DNA of 64,000 nucleotides. Source: a virus. Positions 30,641-40,589 of this stretch are shown here, one piece after another; the stretch's first letter is position 1; each line of letters opens with the position of its first letter. The stretch lies in the IMG/VR virus record IMGVR_UViG_3300046170_000301; one strand, 5' to 3'. The position numbers and the translations under genes are program-made. The notes beneath the pieces were generated by a model, which saw only the letters and a program-made list of their open reading frames with translations, was not told the origin of the DNA and ran no database searches.

Positions 30641-33249
30641 TATCCTATATACATTCCAGAACCATCTAATGGATTGACAGAAGGAGACAATGCTTCTGTT
30701 GCTGCTGTTCCTGGTGGAGTATTTAGTTTTGGTTTTGCCTCTGGTTGTGGTAAGTTTAACATAGCAATAGAAGTAGCACCTTCTCCTGGAGATTGTCTCA
30801 ACATTGATGCTTGGTCTGTCTTTTGTTGTGTTGAATCTGGTCTCTGTATTGCTTGGGGGTTTAGTTTTACTTTCATGTGTTCATGGAAAGCATTAACTAT
30901 TGCTTTTGCTTGTGGTTTATCAGAAGACATATTAATTTTTCTTCCATTTCTATAAAAATCAAATCCTGTTTGAGTTTTGTATGCTTCTACTTCTCCATAA
31001 TTTTGAGTGGTAAAGTATTCTTTTTGATGAACATTCATTCCATAGTTATTTGTTATTGCTTGTCCAAGGTCTTTCAAAGTTTGTTTTGATGGTTCTGTTG
31101 GTTTTGCTGCTACGTATGAAGATAAAGATTTTTCAAATACTTTAGTCAATTCTTCTGGTGTTTTTACTGGTTGACCATAGTAACTAGAACCAGAAAGAGT
31201 GGGGAAAGATGCCATTTCTTTAGAAATAAGGTTCATTACATTTCCACTAAGACCTTCTTGTTCTAAGATTTTTTGTGTAACTCCACGAAATCTTGCCATT
31301 CTATTTAAAATTATCCTGTCTTGTAATTTATTAGTAAACTTGGTGTCTGGGTCTATACCTTGTATTCCCATTTCTTCTTTTAAAACTTCTGGCATTAATT
31401 GATATCTTCCAGTTGCTCTAGACCCAGATTTGTATCCAACATCTCTACCATTTAATTTACCAGTCATCATCATATCATAAACTTGTTGTGTTGTTAATTC
31501 ACCACTTTCTAATTCTGGCACAACATTTCCCCCAAATATTGTGCCATAACTTTTCGATGTTCCCTCAGCATAAGCAATAGTGTCAAGTAATGCTTTCTGT
31601 TCTTTCGTCCCAAAAACAGAAGCACCCCCAGCACCGCCTCCAGGAGGAGCACCGCCTCCAGGAGGAGCACCTCCTGGTCTATCTGGCATGTCATCTATCT
31701 TGCCAGTTAATTTTTCAATAAAACTCTTCATACTGTCTTTGAAGACATCAAACATAGATTTATCTTTTTCTTTTTTCTTTTCTTCTTTCGTTACTGTTGC
31801 TTCATCTAATGTTCCTGCTTTCGCTCTTTGTGCTATGACTGGAGGGACACCAAACACATCAGCTATTGGTCTGATTGCTTGGTTAAGTTGGGGGGCCATT
31901 TCTTTTCCAGTTTCACCCATGCTACTGATGTAATTTGAAGTGGCAGCAATCAAACTACCACCAGCAGCAAGCATTGGTAAAGACATAGCATCAACTAATG
32001 GTTGAGCAAGTTTAGATGCTTGTGTTGTTCCACCACCAGCAATACCAAGTTGTTTTGTGATACCAAATCCTACTTTACCACCAACTCCCGTTCCAGTTTC
32101 ATACTTTTGTGTTGGAGATTTCAATGGTTTCACTGCTGGTGTTTGTGGTCTTGGACGAACCTTTCCATCCATGGCACTTGGTTCACCTTGAGTATAGTTA
32201 TTATCAAGTGGAACTATCAGCTCATCACCATGAAGTTCTACCAAATATCCACTATCAGGACCAGAAACTATACCACCAGTTTCAAAATGTCCCGCCGCCA
32301 GTCTCTGTCGAACTACCTTTTCTCTAAACCCAGCCATCCGCTCGTAAGCATCAGGAATCATAGAAGAGCGTGGTTCTATATCTCTATCACTTCCATTGTC
32401 TCTCTTGCTTTCATCTTCTTTGGTCATCACATCATCAAATGCTTCTGTTGAAGCAACATCTCTTATGTTTTCAATTCTCTTTTCTGCTTCTATATTTTCT
32501 GCTTTATCAATACTCTGCTTTTGGAATTGTGTTTGAGCATTAATTGCTTTCACAATATCATCTAACTTGTCAGCAATAGTATCATTTCTTGTTTTAAGTT
32601 GGTCAGCAATTTGAGATTGTGTAATGTTAGATTGTATTAAATTCTGTTGAACTTCATTTGTAGAGTTGCCAACAGAATTAGCAATAGCATTAATAGATTT
32701 TGCTATCTCTTGAAGACCAAGAAGTAGTTCTTCTTTGCTAACTCGCTTCCCACTACCACCTTTATTGACAGATGTGGAGGTAGTTTTTTCTGTGCTTGGA
32801 ACCAAATCAGATTTTGGTCTAAGCATTGGGTCGTCTTTATATCCTTTATAAAGTTCTAAGAACTGTTCTCTAAAGTTTACCTTTTTAGATTCATCTTTAA
32901 AGAGTTTAAATATTCTATCAAATCTTTCTGCTTTTGATAGTTGTGTTTGTCCATCCTTCCCTCTTATTATCTGCCCAGCAATATCTTTTCTTCTTAAGAT
33001 ATCTTTAAGTTGGTTTTTCTTATTGCCTACATACTCACCACCAAACTTAAATCCTAGTGCTTTCTTGAAAAAATATCCCCTTTCAATACCAGCTTCTTCT
33101 AAAGAAGTATCATACTTTTCTGCTTGTTTTTGAGCAAACTTTCTTTCCTTTTCTGCTAATGCTCTTGCCTCAAGAACTTTAGATACAATATCTCCTACAA
33201 CATTTCTGTCACCAGAAGTATCTTGATAAGAAAAGGTAAAAGCTGTCAT
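30640..33249 (-). CDS. tape-measure-like virion protein with a lambda-type lysozyme domain
   Basis: ALLDTIAYAEGT...ATGRYQL...EMASFP; FETGGIV...LHGDELIVPL motif. Confidence 0.75.
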   Translation of the reverse strand: MTAFTFSYQDTSGDRNVVGDIVSKVLEARALAEKERKFAQKQAEKYDTSLEEAGIERGYFFKKALGFKFGGEYVGNKKNQLKDILRRKDIAGQIIRGKDGQTQLSKAERFDRIFKLFKDESKKVNFREQFLELYKGYKDDPMLRPKSDLVPSTEKTTSTSVNKGGSGKRVSKEELLLGLQEIAKSINAIANSVGNSTNEVQQNLIQSNITQSQIADQLKTRNDTIADKLDDIVKAINAQTQFQKQSIDKAENIEAEKRIENIRDVASTEAFDDVMTKEDESKRDNGSDRDIEPRSSMIPDAYERMAGFREKVVRQRLAAGHFETGGIVSGPDSGYLVELHGDELIVPLDNNYTQGEPSAMDGKVRPRPQTPAVKPLKSPTQKYETGTGVGGKVGFGITKQLGIAGGGTTQASKLAQPLVDAMSLPMLAAGGSLIAATSNYISSMGETGKEMAPQLNQAIRPIADVFGVPPVIAQRAKAGTLDEATVTKEEKKKEKDKSMFDVFKDSMKSFIEKLTGKIDDMPDRPGGAPPGGGAPPGGGAGGASVFGTKEQKALLDTIAYAEGTSKSYGTIFGGNVVPELESGELTTQQVYDMMMTGKLNGRDVGYKSGSRATGRYQLMPEVLKEEMGIQGIDPDTKFTNKLQDRIILNRMARFRGVTQKILEQEGLSGNVMNLISKEMASFPTLSGSSYYGQPVKTPEELTKVFEKSLSSYVAAKPTEPSKQTLKDLGQAITNNYGMNVHQKEYFTTQNYGEVEAYKTQTGFDFYRNGRKINMSSDKPQAKAIVNAFHEHMKVKLNPQAIQRPDSTQQKTDQASMLRQSPGEGATSIAMLNLPQPEAKPKLNTPPGTAATEALSPSVNPLDGSGMYIG

Positions 33250-33272
33250 TTATATTTCCTTCCTTTTCATAT

Positions 33273-36200
33273 TTAGTTTCCTAAACCAATACGAAGTTTT
33301 TCTAATGTCTTAGCATTATATTCATTCTTAGTTCTCCATCTACCAGTAGCCAAAGGAACAAACTCAACTCCTGGAGCAGATGGAGGAGTAGATGGTTTTG
33401 CTTGCTGGTTTACTACTAAGTATTTTGTTCCGCCTCTATTATCTGGACCTTGTAAAGATTGAAACTTTGGTGCTTGTGTTGGAGATGGTTTTATTTCTCC
33501 AGACAAAGATGCTGTTGCTCTCGGTCCCCCGCCTTCCTTTTCTATCTGTCTCTGTCTACTTACTTGTTCAAGTATCCATCTATTTTTATCTTTTGATACT
33601 GGAATAACATTTCCCTTTTCATCAGTGACTTTATTGTTTTCAAAGTCAAAGTTTACCTTCATGTATTCACCTTGTTTATTTTGAACATTATAAGTTTTAC
33701 TTGTTGTCTTGGGAACAACTGGTTCCTGTGGTTCCACTTCTTGATTCTGCCCAGACAAATCAACTTCAGGAGCATCCTGTCTCTCCATTTCCTTGTTAAC
33801 TACAGTAACTTTACCACCACCTCTAAAGAACTTACTGGCATATGGTTGTGGATTCATATGTCCTGTTAATACTCCACCGTTCCATCCAGTTCCAAGTTCA
33901 AAGTGTAAATGTGGACCTTCACTGGCACCAGTGTTTCCTAATGTTCCAATAACTGGGGCATTTCCTTGACTATCTGGTTCTAATTTCTGTCCCTTTCTTA
34001 CATTAATACTATCTAAATGTCCATACAATGTATGTAATCCATCGTCATGTTTTACAACAACAAACTGACCCCATCCAGCATTTTTATTGTTTGGATTTTG
34101 CCATCCAGCAAACACAACAGTTCCTGGTTGTATCACAGATATTGGGGCACCAACTCTTGAAAATGGTCCACCAGAATAATCAACACCATTATGAGTTGGT
34201 CTATTTGATGTTCTAAATCCACTATAAACATATGCCGATGGGTCTTCACCACCTTTTACTGATAAAGCGTCGCCAATATCAATTTCAGGAGCATCAGTTG
34301 GATTTATCTTCCCGCTAATAGCCTTTATCAAACTATTAATAGGGTCCTGTAAAAATCCTAATAGTTTATCAACAAAAGATTCTTTCTTTATACCATACTC
34401 TTCATCTCTTTCAAGAACTTTCTTTTCTTCTTCCTTTTTCTTTAATGATGGTCCAATTGTTGGGAAGTTACCACCAACTGGAGTTTGAGCAATGACATTA
34501 GGGACATCAAATGTTTTCATTAATGGTCCCGCCATCTGCCTAATCAATGGAGCAACTGATGCTCCTGCTGGACCCATGCCACCAACAAAGTTCATGGTAG
34601 CTGCTACCATAGCACCACCAATATCATTAAATGGATTGAGTTTATCTTTATCTAATACAAGCTCTGTGCCATGAAGTATAGCAGTTCCAGGTTCTACATC
34701 CTTTGTTCCTTGTTCGTATCCTTCTGCTCCAGTAAAAGTATCAGAAATCTTAGAACCAGCAAATCCACCACCAATACCACCAAGTATACCACCGAGAACA
34801 GCTCCTATAGCAGCGCCAGGAGCAGCACCAACGCCACCAAAAAAAGCTCCTATAAAAGCGCCCAAAGCAGCTCCACCTTTTGCTCCAGCGGCACCGCCAG
34901 CTGCAGCACCAGCAAGTCCACCCCCCACACCAGATAGTGCTTGAACATCACTCTGCCCAGCTTTTTTTCTTTCTGAATATTCAAGTCCAGCAAAAGCATA
35001 TTTCAATGGTCCTGCTGCTCTACCCACTCTTCCCAATCCTTTTATTTTATTCAAAGCATTAACAGCTTTTCTCGTCTGTCCTGGCATTCTTCTCGCCAAT
35101 GCTCCACCTACTCTCGATGTCACCGCTTTAGTTGCTCTTGACTTCAACATATCAGGAGTCTTTTGTAATTTTCTAAGTCTCCTTCTCATATTTCTAAGTC
35201 TTTTTGGAGACTTTCTGTATAGTTTTTTGGCAAATTTACTTCTTAAATATTTTAAAATAAAGTTCCCCCCTTTGCCATCAGTTTTTATATTACCAGATAC
35301 ATCAACATACTCAAAAGTTCTAGCGGCATCTCTCTTCTCTTCCAATGCTCTTTCGGCAGCAGCATTCTCAGCTTCTTCTGCTAACTGTTTTGCTTTCTCA
35401 TTTTGAAGATTAAATGCCTGTAGTATAGCATCAAGTTTAGATACAATCAAAGAGTCCTGATTTTCAACAGTATCTAAAGCAGATATTAGAACTTGAGTGT
35501 TAGCTAATATAAGATTGTTTTGATTTTGAATTGAATCATTGATGCTTGATAGTTCTCCTTGAATCTTCAAGAAGTTAGACTTCATAAACTCAAAGATTTC
35601 TTTGTTTGTTTTGTAAGAACTTGGTTTAGATGTTGCTCTTTCTCTTTTTTTATTATTGATAACCTGTTCAAGTTCTTCTCTAATGCTGTCTGGTATATCA
35701 GATAGGTCTACCTCTTGTTGAGCATTGTCTGCTTCTTCCAAAACTTCAGCAGCAGTTTCTGCCTGTTCTTTTACTTCTTCAGTATCATTTTCTTCTTCAT
35801 CTCTAATTGAATCAAGAAAAGAATCATCTATAATACTTTCATCTTCATCATATTCTTCTTCATAATCATCTTGTATTGGAAACTCAAATGGTCCATCGTA
35901 AATAGGAGGAACAACTACAGGATTCTCATCTGGATATGCCTTAACAAGTTCAAGAATATATTCCTTAATCCTATCACGATATTCTCTAAGCTCTTCGTAG
36001 TCATCATAACTATTCAATCCAGTAACAGCAAATATCCACTCTCTAACAGCTTCTTTTGTTCCTGTAGATTTTTGGTTATCACCTTTACTGAACTTTGAAT
36101 AATATATTGCTCTATCAATATCAGATTTAAACTCAAGGTCATACAAACCAGTCTGTCCCCACATATATCGTGGTTGAATGTGTTGTAGTTCTGGATATAA

Positions 36201-36629
36201 CTTTGGATGATTTACATTTCTTACTGGTTTTTTTTCAATTTCTAGAACAGGTTTCTCTTCTACTGTAGGGGTAGGTTCTTGAACTGGAGCTGTTTGTTTT
36301 GATTCTGAAGCATCAGATAATCCATCTGAAGCATCAGATAATCCATAAAATATTTTTAGTTTTCTTTGAATGGAATAAAAAGCGGCAGAACTTTTTCCCG
36401 TTATAATTTCACTATCTATATCATCATAATATTCTGGCAAATCTGTTATTGATAACCAAGTATCTCTACTGGCAGAAATTCTTTTTGCTTTATCAATTCC
36501 TTCAGTTGTATGTGGAAGAACCCCATAACTAATTAAATGTCCTTCGAGAATTTCTCGATAAAAATCATTTCTAATTTTTTTTATTGCCGACAGAGGAATC
36601 TCCCCTTTTGATAACTTGAAATCGTTCAT
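33273..36629 (-). CDS. tape-measure-like virion protein with an M23 peptidase domain
   Basis: HNGVD (HxxxD), LYGHL and GNTGASEGPHLHFE; glycine-zipper hydrophobic segment. Confidence 0.8.
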   Translation of the reverse strand: MNDFKLSKGEIPLSAIKKIRNDFYREILEGHLISYGVLPHTTEGIDKAKRISASRDTWLSITDLPEYYDDIDSEIITGKSSAAFYSIQRKLKIFYGLSDASDGLSDASESKQTAPVQEPTPTVEEKPVLEIEKKPVRNVNHPKLYPELQHIQPRYMWGQTGLYDLEFKSDIDRAIYYSKFSKGDNQKSTGTKEAVREWIFAVTGLNSYDDYEELREYRDRIKEYILELVKAYPDENPVVVPPIYDGPFEFPIQDDYEEEYDEDESIIDDSFLDSIRDEEENDTEEVKEQAETAAEVLEEADNAQQEVDLSDIPDSIREELEQVINNKKRERATSKPSSYKTNKEIFEFMKSNFLKIQGELSSINDSIQNQNNLILANTQVLISALDTVENQDSLIVSKLDAILQAFNLQNEKAKQLAEEAENAAAERALEEKRDAARTFEYVDVSGNIKTDGKGGNFILKYLRSKFAKKLYRKSPKRLRNMRRRLRKLQKTPDMLKSRATKAVTSRVGGALARRMPGQTRKAVNALNKIKGLGRVGRAAGPLKYAFAGLEYSERKKAGQSDVQALSGVGGGLAGAAAGGAAGAKGGAALGAFIGAFFGGVGAAPGAAIGAVLGGILGGIGGGFAGSKISDTFTGAEGYEQGTKDVEPGTAILHGTELVLDKDKLNPFNDIGGAMVAATMNFVGGMGPAGASVAPLIRQMAGPLMKTFDVPNVIAQTPVGGNFPTIGPSLKKKEEEKKVLERDEEYGIKKESFVDKLLGFLQDPINSLIKAISGKINPTDAPEIDIGDALSVKGGEDPSAYVYSGFRTSNRPTHNGVDYSGGPFSRVGAPISVIQPGTVVFAGWQNPNNKNAGWGQFVVVKHDDGLHTLYGHLDSINVRKGQKLEPDSQGNAPVIGTLGNTGASEGPHLHFELGTGWNGGVLTGHMNPQPYASKFFRGGGKVTVVNKEMERQDAPEVDLSGQNQEVEPQEPVVPKTTSKTYNVQNKQGEYMKVNFDFENNKVTDEKGNVIPVSKDKNRWILEQVSRQRQIEKEGGGPRATASLSGEIKPSPTQAPKFQSLQGPDNRGGTKYLVVNQQAKPSTPPSAPGVEFVPLATGRWRTKNEYNAKTLEKLRIGLGN

Positions 36630-36631
36630 TG

Positions 36632-36810
36632 CTATTGCTGTTTCTTAGCTTCTTCTTCTTGAATGTGCTGAATCAATAGAGCAACATACACTTCACGTTC
36701 CCAAGGCATCATATTCTCAAGCTCCGTTAAAGAATATTTATGGAACTGCATCAGATTGAAGTTCGTTTTGTAATACCCTTCCAACGTATTGTGGAAGAGT
36801 GCTATACGAA
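36632..36810 (-). CDS. gp51: gp51-like baseplate hub assembly ORF (no good start; in the -1 frame of gp26)
   Basis: RIALFHNTLEGYYKTNFNLMQFHKYSLTELENMMPWEREVYVALL...*; missing from the ORF track; alternative starts TTG 36784 or ATG 36751. Confidence 0.75.
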
Positions 36811-37515
36811 AAAATTTTGTAGTCCCTCAATAACATACGAAGATTCCACACCAGTATTTGGATTCTTCACTTTAAATTCATGACGTAGTTTAGGCATGGT
36901 CTCATAGAATTTTTGAATGGCTTCAAACTGTTTGTTTGTCAACGTCTCCACCCATTCTTCCATCTCTTTCTTTGATGTGGTAGACATATCCCACACTTCT
37001 TCACCATCAAATACTTGTTCAATGTGGTCAGCAATAAACTTAAATACTTCTTCAGTTTTGATATCTTTATCGAGGAACTCAGACTCAATAAATCTATCCA
37101 TACTTGGATACTTTATAATGATACCAAGAGTATCTGTCAACATAATCTTATTGGTATGACCTTCTAGTTTAATTACCTCAACCTCTTCAATGTTGATTGA
37201 TGTTTCTACTTCTGTTTCATTATCATCACGACATGTTACTTTCATTTTAATCATTTCACCAGCAGAAGCAGCACGAATCTTTAAGAAGATATATTCCAAA
37301 TCAAATGATGGAAGTTCTTCTACTTTGATTCTACTGGTAACACAGTTACTAATGAGTTCTTTGATTGCTTCTTTAATTGGTCCTTCTTCTTCTGATTCTA
37401 AGGCAAGGAGAAGAACCTTTTCTTCTTTAACAATATATGGTCTGTATTTAATTTTCTTTTTGTTGGAAGGAAGTTCAAGTTCAAGAGTTGGATAACCAAT
37501 TTTAGGTAATGACAT
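36802..37515 (-). CDS. gp26: baseplate hub subunit gp26-like
   Basis: MSLPKI...YRPYIVKEEKVLL...FDLEYIFLKIRA..GE...MPKL...IEGLQNFF. Confidence 0.85.
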   Translation of the reverse strand: MSLPKIGYPTLELELPSNKKKIKYRPYIVKEEKVLLLALESEEEGPIKEAIKELISNCVTSRIKVEELPSFDLEYIFLKIRAASAGEMIKMKVTCRDDNETEVETSINIEEVEVIKLEGHTNKIMLTDTLGIIIKYPSMDRFIESEFLDKDIKTEEVFKFIADHIEQVFDGEEVWDMSTTSKKEMEEWVETLTNKQFEAIQKFYETMPKLRHEFKVKNPNTGVESSYVIEGLQNFFV

Positions 37516-37544
37516 ATATCTTTAAGTCAAGTCGATGTAAATAT

Positions 37545-38252
37545 TTATCCCTCAAATTTACGAACGTCTGAAGTATAAATGCTGTGAGTTGTGTAATAAA
37601 AATTACCAGTTACTTTTGTAATCTGTGATGTTCCATAAGATAAAGGAACCGCATCAACTGAATAAGGAAAACATTTTTCAATTACATATACCAATGGCAC
37701 TCTACTGTTTGGAGCGGTCTTTCCTCTTTCTGTCTTGGCAATTCTAAGTACTGCTTGATATTGATTAGGATATTTCAATCTAATAGACCTATTTACATTC
37801 CTTTCTTTTGCTTCGTTTTTAAAATTTTTTAAGGAGTCTGTAGTTCTTTGTATAGGATATTCATTAAACAAACCAGCACTAAAAATATAATTGTGCCAGG
37901 CAAGAAGAAACTTATATGGTGCCATGTTGGCATCACACATCCAAGTTAAACTGAAGTCACTCAAAAGTCTTGTATGTGGATAATTCTTCTGTCCTTCACC
38001 AAGATACCTACCATTAACCTGACCAGTGGCAGCTTGAGAATTAGGTAGTTGTGCTTCATCACAGAACATATTAATTAGAGAACCAGGATTGCCAGCATCA
38101 TTTGCTTCAGGAACTTTTATATTATAGTTCTGTAATACTCCGTTAAGTTCCGTAAGTCCACTAAAATCAAACTCAATGTCATATCCATTTGTCATGGACA
38201 TTCCGCCGTTGGCGGAAATCGCTGCCATGAAATTTGTTATTGAACCTGCCAC
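37545..38252 (-). CDS. tail-tube-fold protein (gp54/gp19-like baseplate tube initiator)
   Basis: CDEAQLP, FSLTW, FPYSVDAVPLSY and KVTGNFYY; position between gp26 and gp4. Confidence 0.65.
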   Translation of the reverse strand: MAGSITNFMAAISANGGMSMTNGYDIEFDFSGLTELNGVLQNYNIKVPEANDAGNPGSLINMFCDEAQLPNSQAATGQVNGRYLGEGQKNYPHTRLLSDFSLTWMCDANMAPYKFLLAWHNYIFSAGLFNEYPIQRTTDSLKNFKNEAKERNVNRSIRLKYPNQYQAVLRIAKTERGKTAPNSRVPLVYVIEKCFPYSVDAVPLSYGTSQITKVTGNFYYTTHSIYTSDVRKFEG

Positions 38253-38283
38253 TCTAAATATATCTGATGGACCACTTATATTT

Positions 38284-38721
38284 ATGGCGTATTCTGGAGT
38301 TTATAAACCAAAAAATCCACAGAAGTATAAAGGAGACCCAAATAATATTATATACAGGTCTATGTGGGAAAAAAAGTTTATGATTTTTTGTGATAATAAT
38401 GATAGCATTATAGAATATTCTAGCGAAGAAATTATCATACCATATCGTTGTCCTACTGACGGTAAGTTACATAGATACTTCCCAGATTTTTACATCAAAG
38501 TTAAATCAAAATCAAATCAAATAAAAAAATATCTCATTGAAGTGAAACCAAAGAAACAAGTTACTGGTCCAGACAAAAATCCAAAAAGAAAAACTACTGC
38601 TTGGAAAAGAGAAGTAATGACTTTTGCTAAGAACAGTGCTAAATGGGAAGCGGCGAAAGAGTTCTGTGAAGATAGACAAATGAAATTTCTTATCCTAACA
38701 GAAGACCACTTAGGAGTATAA
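38284..38721 (+). CDS. gp4: head completion nuclease gp4
   Basis: MAYSGVYKPKNPQKYKGDP..IIYRS.WE...RYFPDF...IEVKP...AKWEAA; likely start ATG 38284. Confidence 0.9.
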   Translation: MAYSGVYKPKNPQKYKGDPNNIIYRSMWEKKFMIFCDNNDSIIEYSSEEIIIPYRCPTDGKLHRYFPDFYIKVKSKSNQIKKYLIEVKPKKQVTGPDKNPKRKTTAWKREVMTFAKNSAKWEAAKEFCEDRQMKFLILTEDHLGV

Positions 38722-38722
38722 G

Positions 38723-39553
38723 GTGGCAAAGAAAAATAATTTAAAACCAAAAGCATACGCCAAGAATAATATTGATAGATGGTCGTATCTAACTGGTTAC
38801 GAACTATCTTCTCTTAAAGGATATACAAGAGACCAGTTACGAGGCATTGCTTCAAGATATGGTATCAAAAATGCTTCTCGTTTATCTGGTGATGAAGTAA
38901 TAAAACAGATTCAAAACTCAGAAGATTATAAAAAAGCAGGAGAAGAACAAACAAAGTTAACCATATTTGAAAAGGTAAAAAAGGCAACTGGCGGAGAAGC
39001 AAAGTCAACTGAATGGTATAAAAGAACACTGAAAACATTAAGTAAAGATATAACAAAAGAACCAGCAAGGATGACACAAGAACAGAAGATGGAATCTGTT
39101 CAAGCACTTGTTCATCAAGACCAAAATGTTCTAAGGCGTAGAGTATTTCCAGGTCATTTATATTTCTTTGAGTATAAAGCAGAAACTCCAGACCTACCAT
39201 ACTATGATAAGTATCCTTTGGTATATGTTTTTAAAGTAAGTGGGTCTGAATTTTATGGAGCAAACTTACACTACATCAACTATAAAAAAAGAAAAATAGT
39301 TATCGAAAAATTACAAAAAGACCTCATCGATATACCTAAAAAAATCATCCATAAATATTTAAATAAAAGATGTAAGAGTTTGTTTATAGACTTAGCAAAA
39401 GACGAATGGGTGACTTCTATTTTTCTTCCAGTAGAAGATTTTGTTCTAATGAAAGGCGGTGGTCGTATAGAGTATCCAAAAGAAATGGTCTGGGAAGAAA
39501 TGGATCAATATTGGAATGACCGTATCAAAGGAACAAGAGTAGAAAGAGGGTAA
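38723..39553 (+). CDS. gp2: DNA end protector gp2-like
   Basis: PGHLYFFEYKA...LPYYDKYPLV...FYGANLHY. Confidence 0.8.
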   Translation: MAKKNNLKPKAYAKNNIDRWSYLTGYELSSLKGYTRDQLRGIASRYGIKNASRLSGDEVIKQIQNSEDYKKAGEEQTKLTIFEKVKKATGGEAKSTEWYKRTLKTLSKDITKEPARMTQEQKMESVQALVHQDQNVLRRRVFPGHLYFFEYKAETPDLPYYDKYPLVYVFKVSGSEFYGANLHYINYKKRKIVIEKLQKDLIDIPKKIIHKYLNKRCKSLFIDLAKDEWVTSIFLPVEDFVLMKGGGRIEYPKEMVWEEMDQYWNDRIKGTRVERG

Positions 39554-39557
39554 TCTA

Positions 39558-40589
39558 ATGGCATTTTCACTCGCTGAGCAAGAAGCTATACAGGAAGCAT
39601 TACAACAAAGAAGCGATCAGGAAGCATTACAAACTGGCCAACAAGATTTATATTCATCTCAAAGAATTAGTGTAAAATCTGCTATTTCGGCAGAAAATTA
39701 TCAAGTAGAAAAAGGAGCTACTATATTAAAATATCCAGATAAAATGCTGGATAATAATACCGACTATGTAATATTTGGATTTTATAAGTACGACCCCCCA
39801 TTTGGTAGAGGACAAGGAGGAGATGGCAGTTTAGATTTTGATTCTGGAAATGCAGGATACAATTCTTATGCCAAGTCTGGCATAGGAAAGAAAAGAATCC
39901 GTGGAATGGATCCAATTCTTCTATACATGCCAGAAGATATTCAAGGACAATACAGTGCTAAATGGCAGGGCACTGGATTTGGTGCTACTACAGCTGGGTT
40001 ATTAAGTGCTGCTGGAACTTCAGCTAATATCATGGCTGGTCTAGAATCTTTACCAGCAGTAATAAAAAATGGTGTGTTCAAAGCAGAATTAGAAAAAATA
40101 AACAAACTAACTGGTTCAAGCGTATCTTTAAATCAATTTACTGGAGCAGTATCAGGAACAATAATAAATCCAAATACAGAAATGACTTACGAAGCTCCAG
40201 AAATGAGGGGATTTAGTTTACAATTTAAAATGATTCCAAACAATGGTGTAGAGTCGAAAACTATCAGAAAAATATGCAACAGATTTAAGAAAGCAATGCT
40301 TCCAAGATTTGGTGGACAAGCAATCTTTGGAACAGTTAAAAATGCCCCAAACCTTTTATCAATTCCAGCATTATGTCAGGTAAATTTTATGTCTGGAAAC
40401 GGAATGCACCCATACCTACCACAATATAAATTATGTGCCATCACTGATGTTTCTATTAACTACACACCAGATGGTTCATATGCTACATATGGTGATAAGG
40501 CTCCTGTAGCAACAGTATTAAAAGTTACTTTTAAAGAAACCAAGCTGTTGTTCTCAGATGAAATCAACGAAGATGGAGTAAGTTTCTAA
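39558..40589 (+). CDS. gp48: baseplate tail tube cap gp48
   Basis: ILLYMP, INPNTEMTYEAP.MR.F...F.MIP, K.CAITDVSINYTPDG and L.VTFKE. Confidence 0.85.
   Translation: MAFSLAEQEAIQEALQQRSDQEALQTGQQDLYSSQRISVKSAISAENYQVEKGATILKYPDKMLDNNTDYVIFGFYKYDPPFGRGQGGDGSLDFDSGNAGYNSYAKSGIGKKRIRGMDPILLYMPEDIQGQYSAKWQGTGFGATTAGLLSAAGTSANIMAGLESLPAVIKNGVFKAELEKINKLTGSSVSLNQFTGAVSGTIINPNTEMTYEAPEMRGFSLQFKMIPNNGVESKTIRKICNRFKKAMLPRFGGQAIFGTVKNAPNLLSIPALCQVNFMSGNGMHPYLPQYKLCAITDVSINYTPDGSYATYGDKAPVATVLKVTFKETKLLFSDEINEDGVSF

Noticed and set aside
31628-31676. 18-bp tandem repeat
   Set aside because: Encodes a GGAPPG linker in frame; not a CRISPR or regulatory repeat.
36304-36345. 21-bp tandem repeat
   Set aside because: In-frame GLSDASD duplication in a low-complexity protein region.
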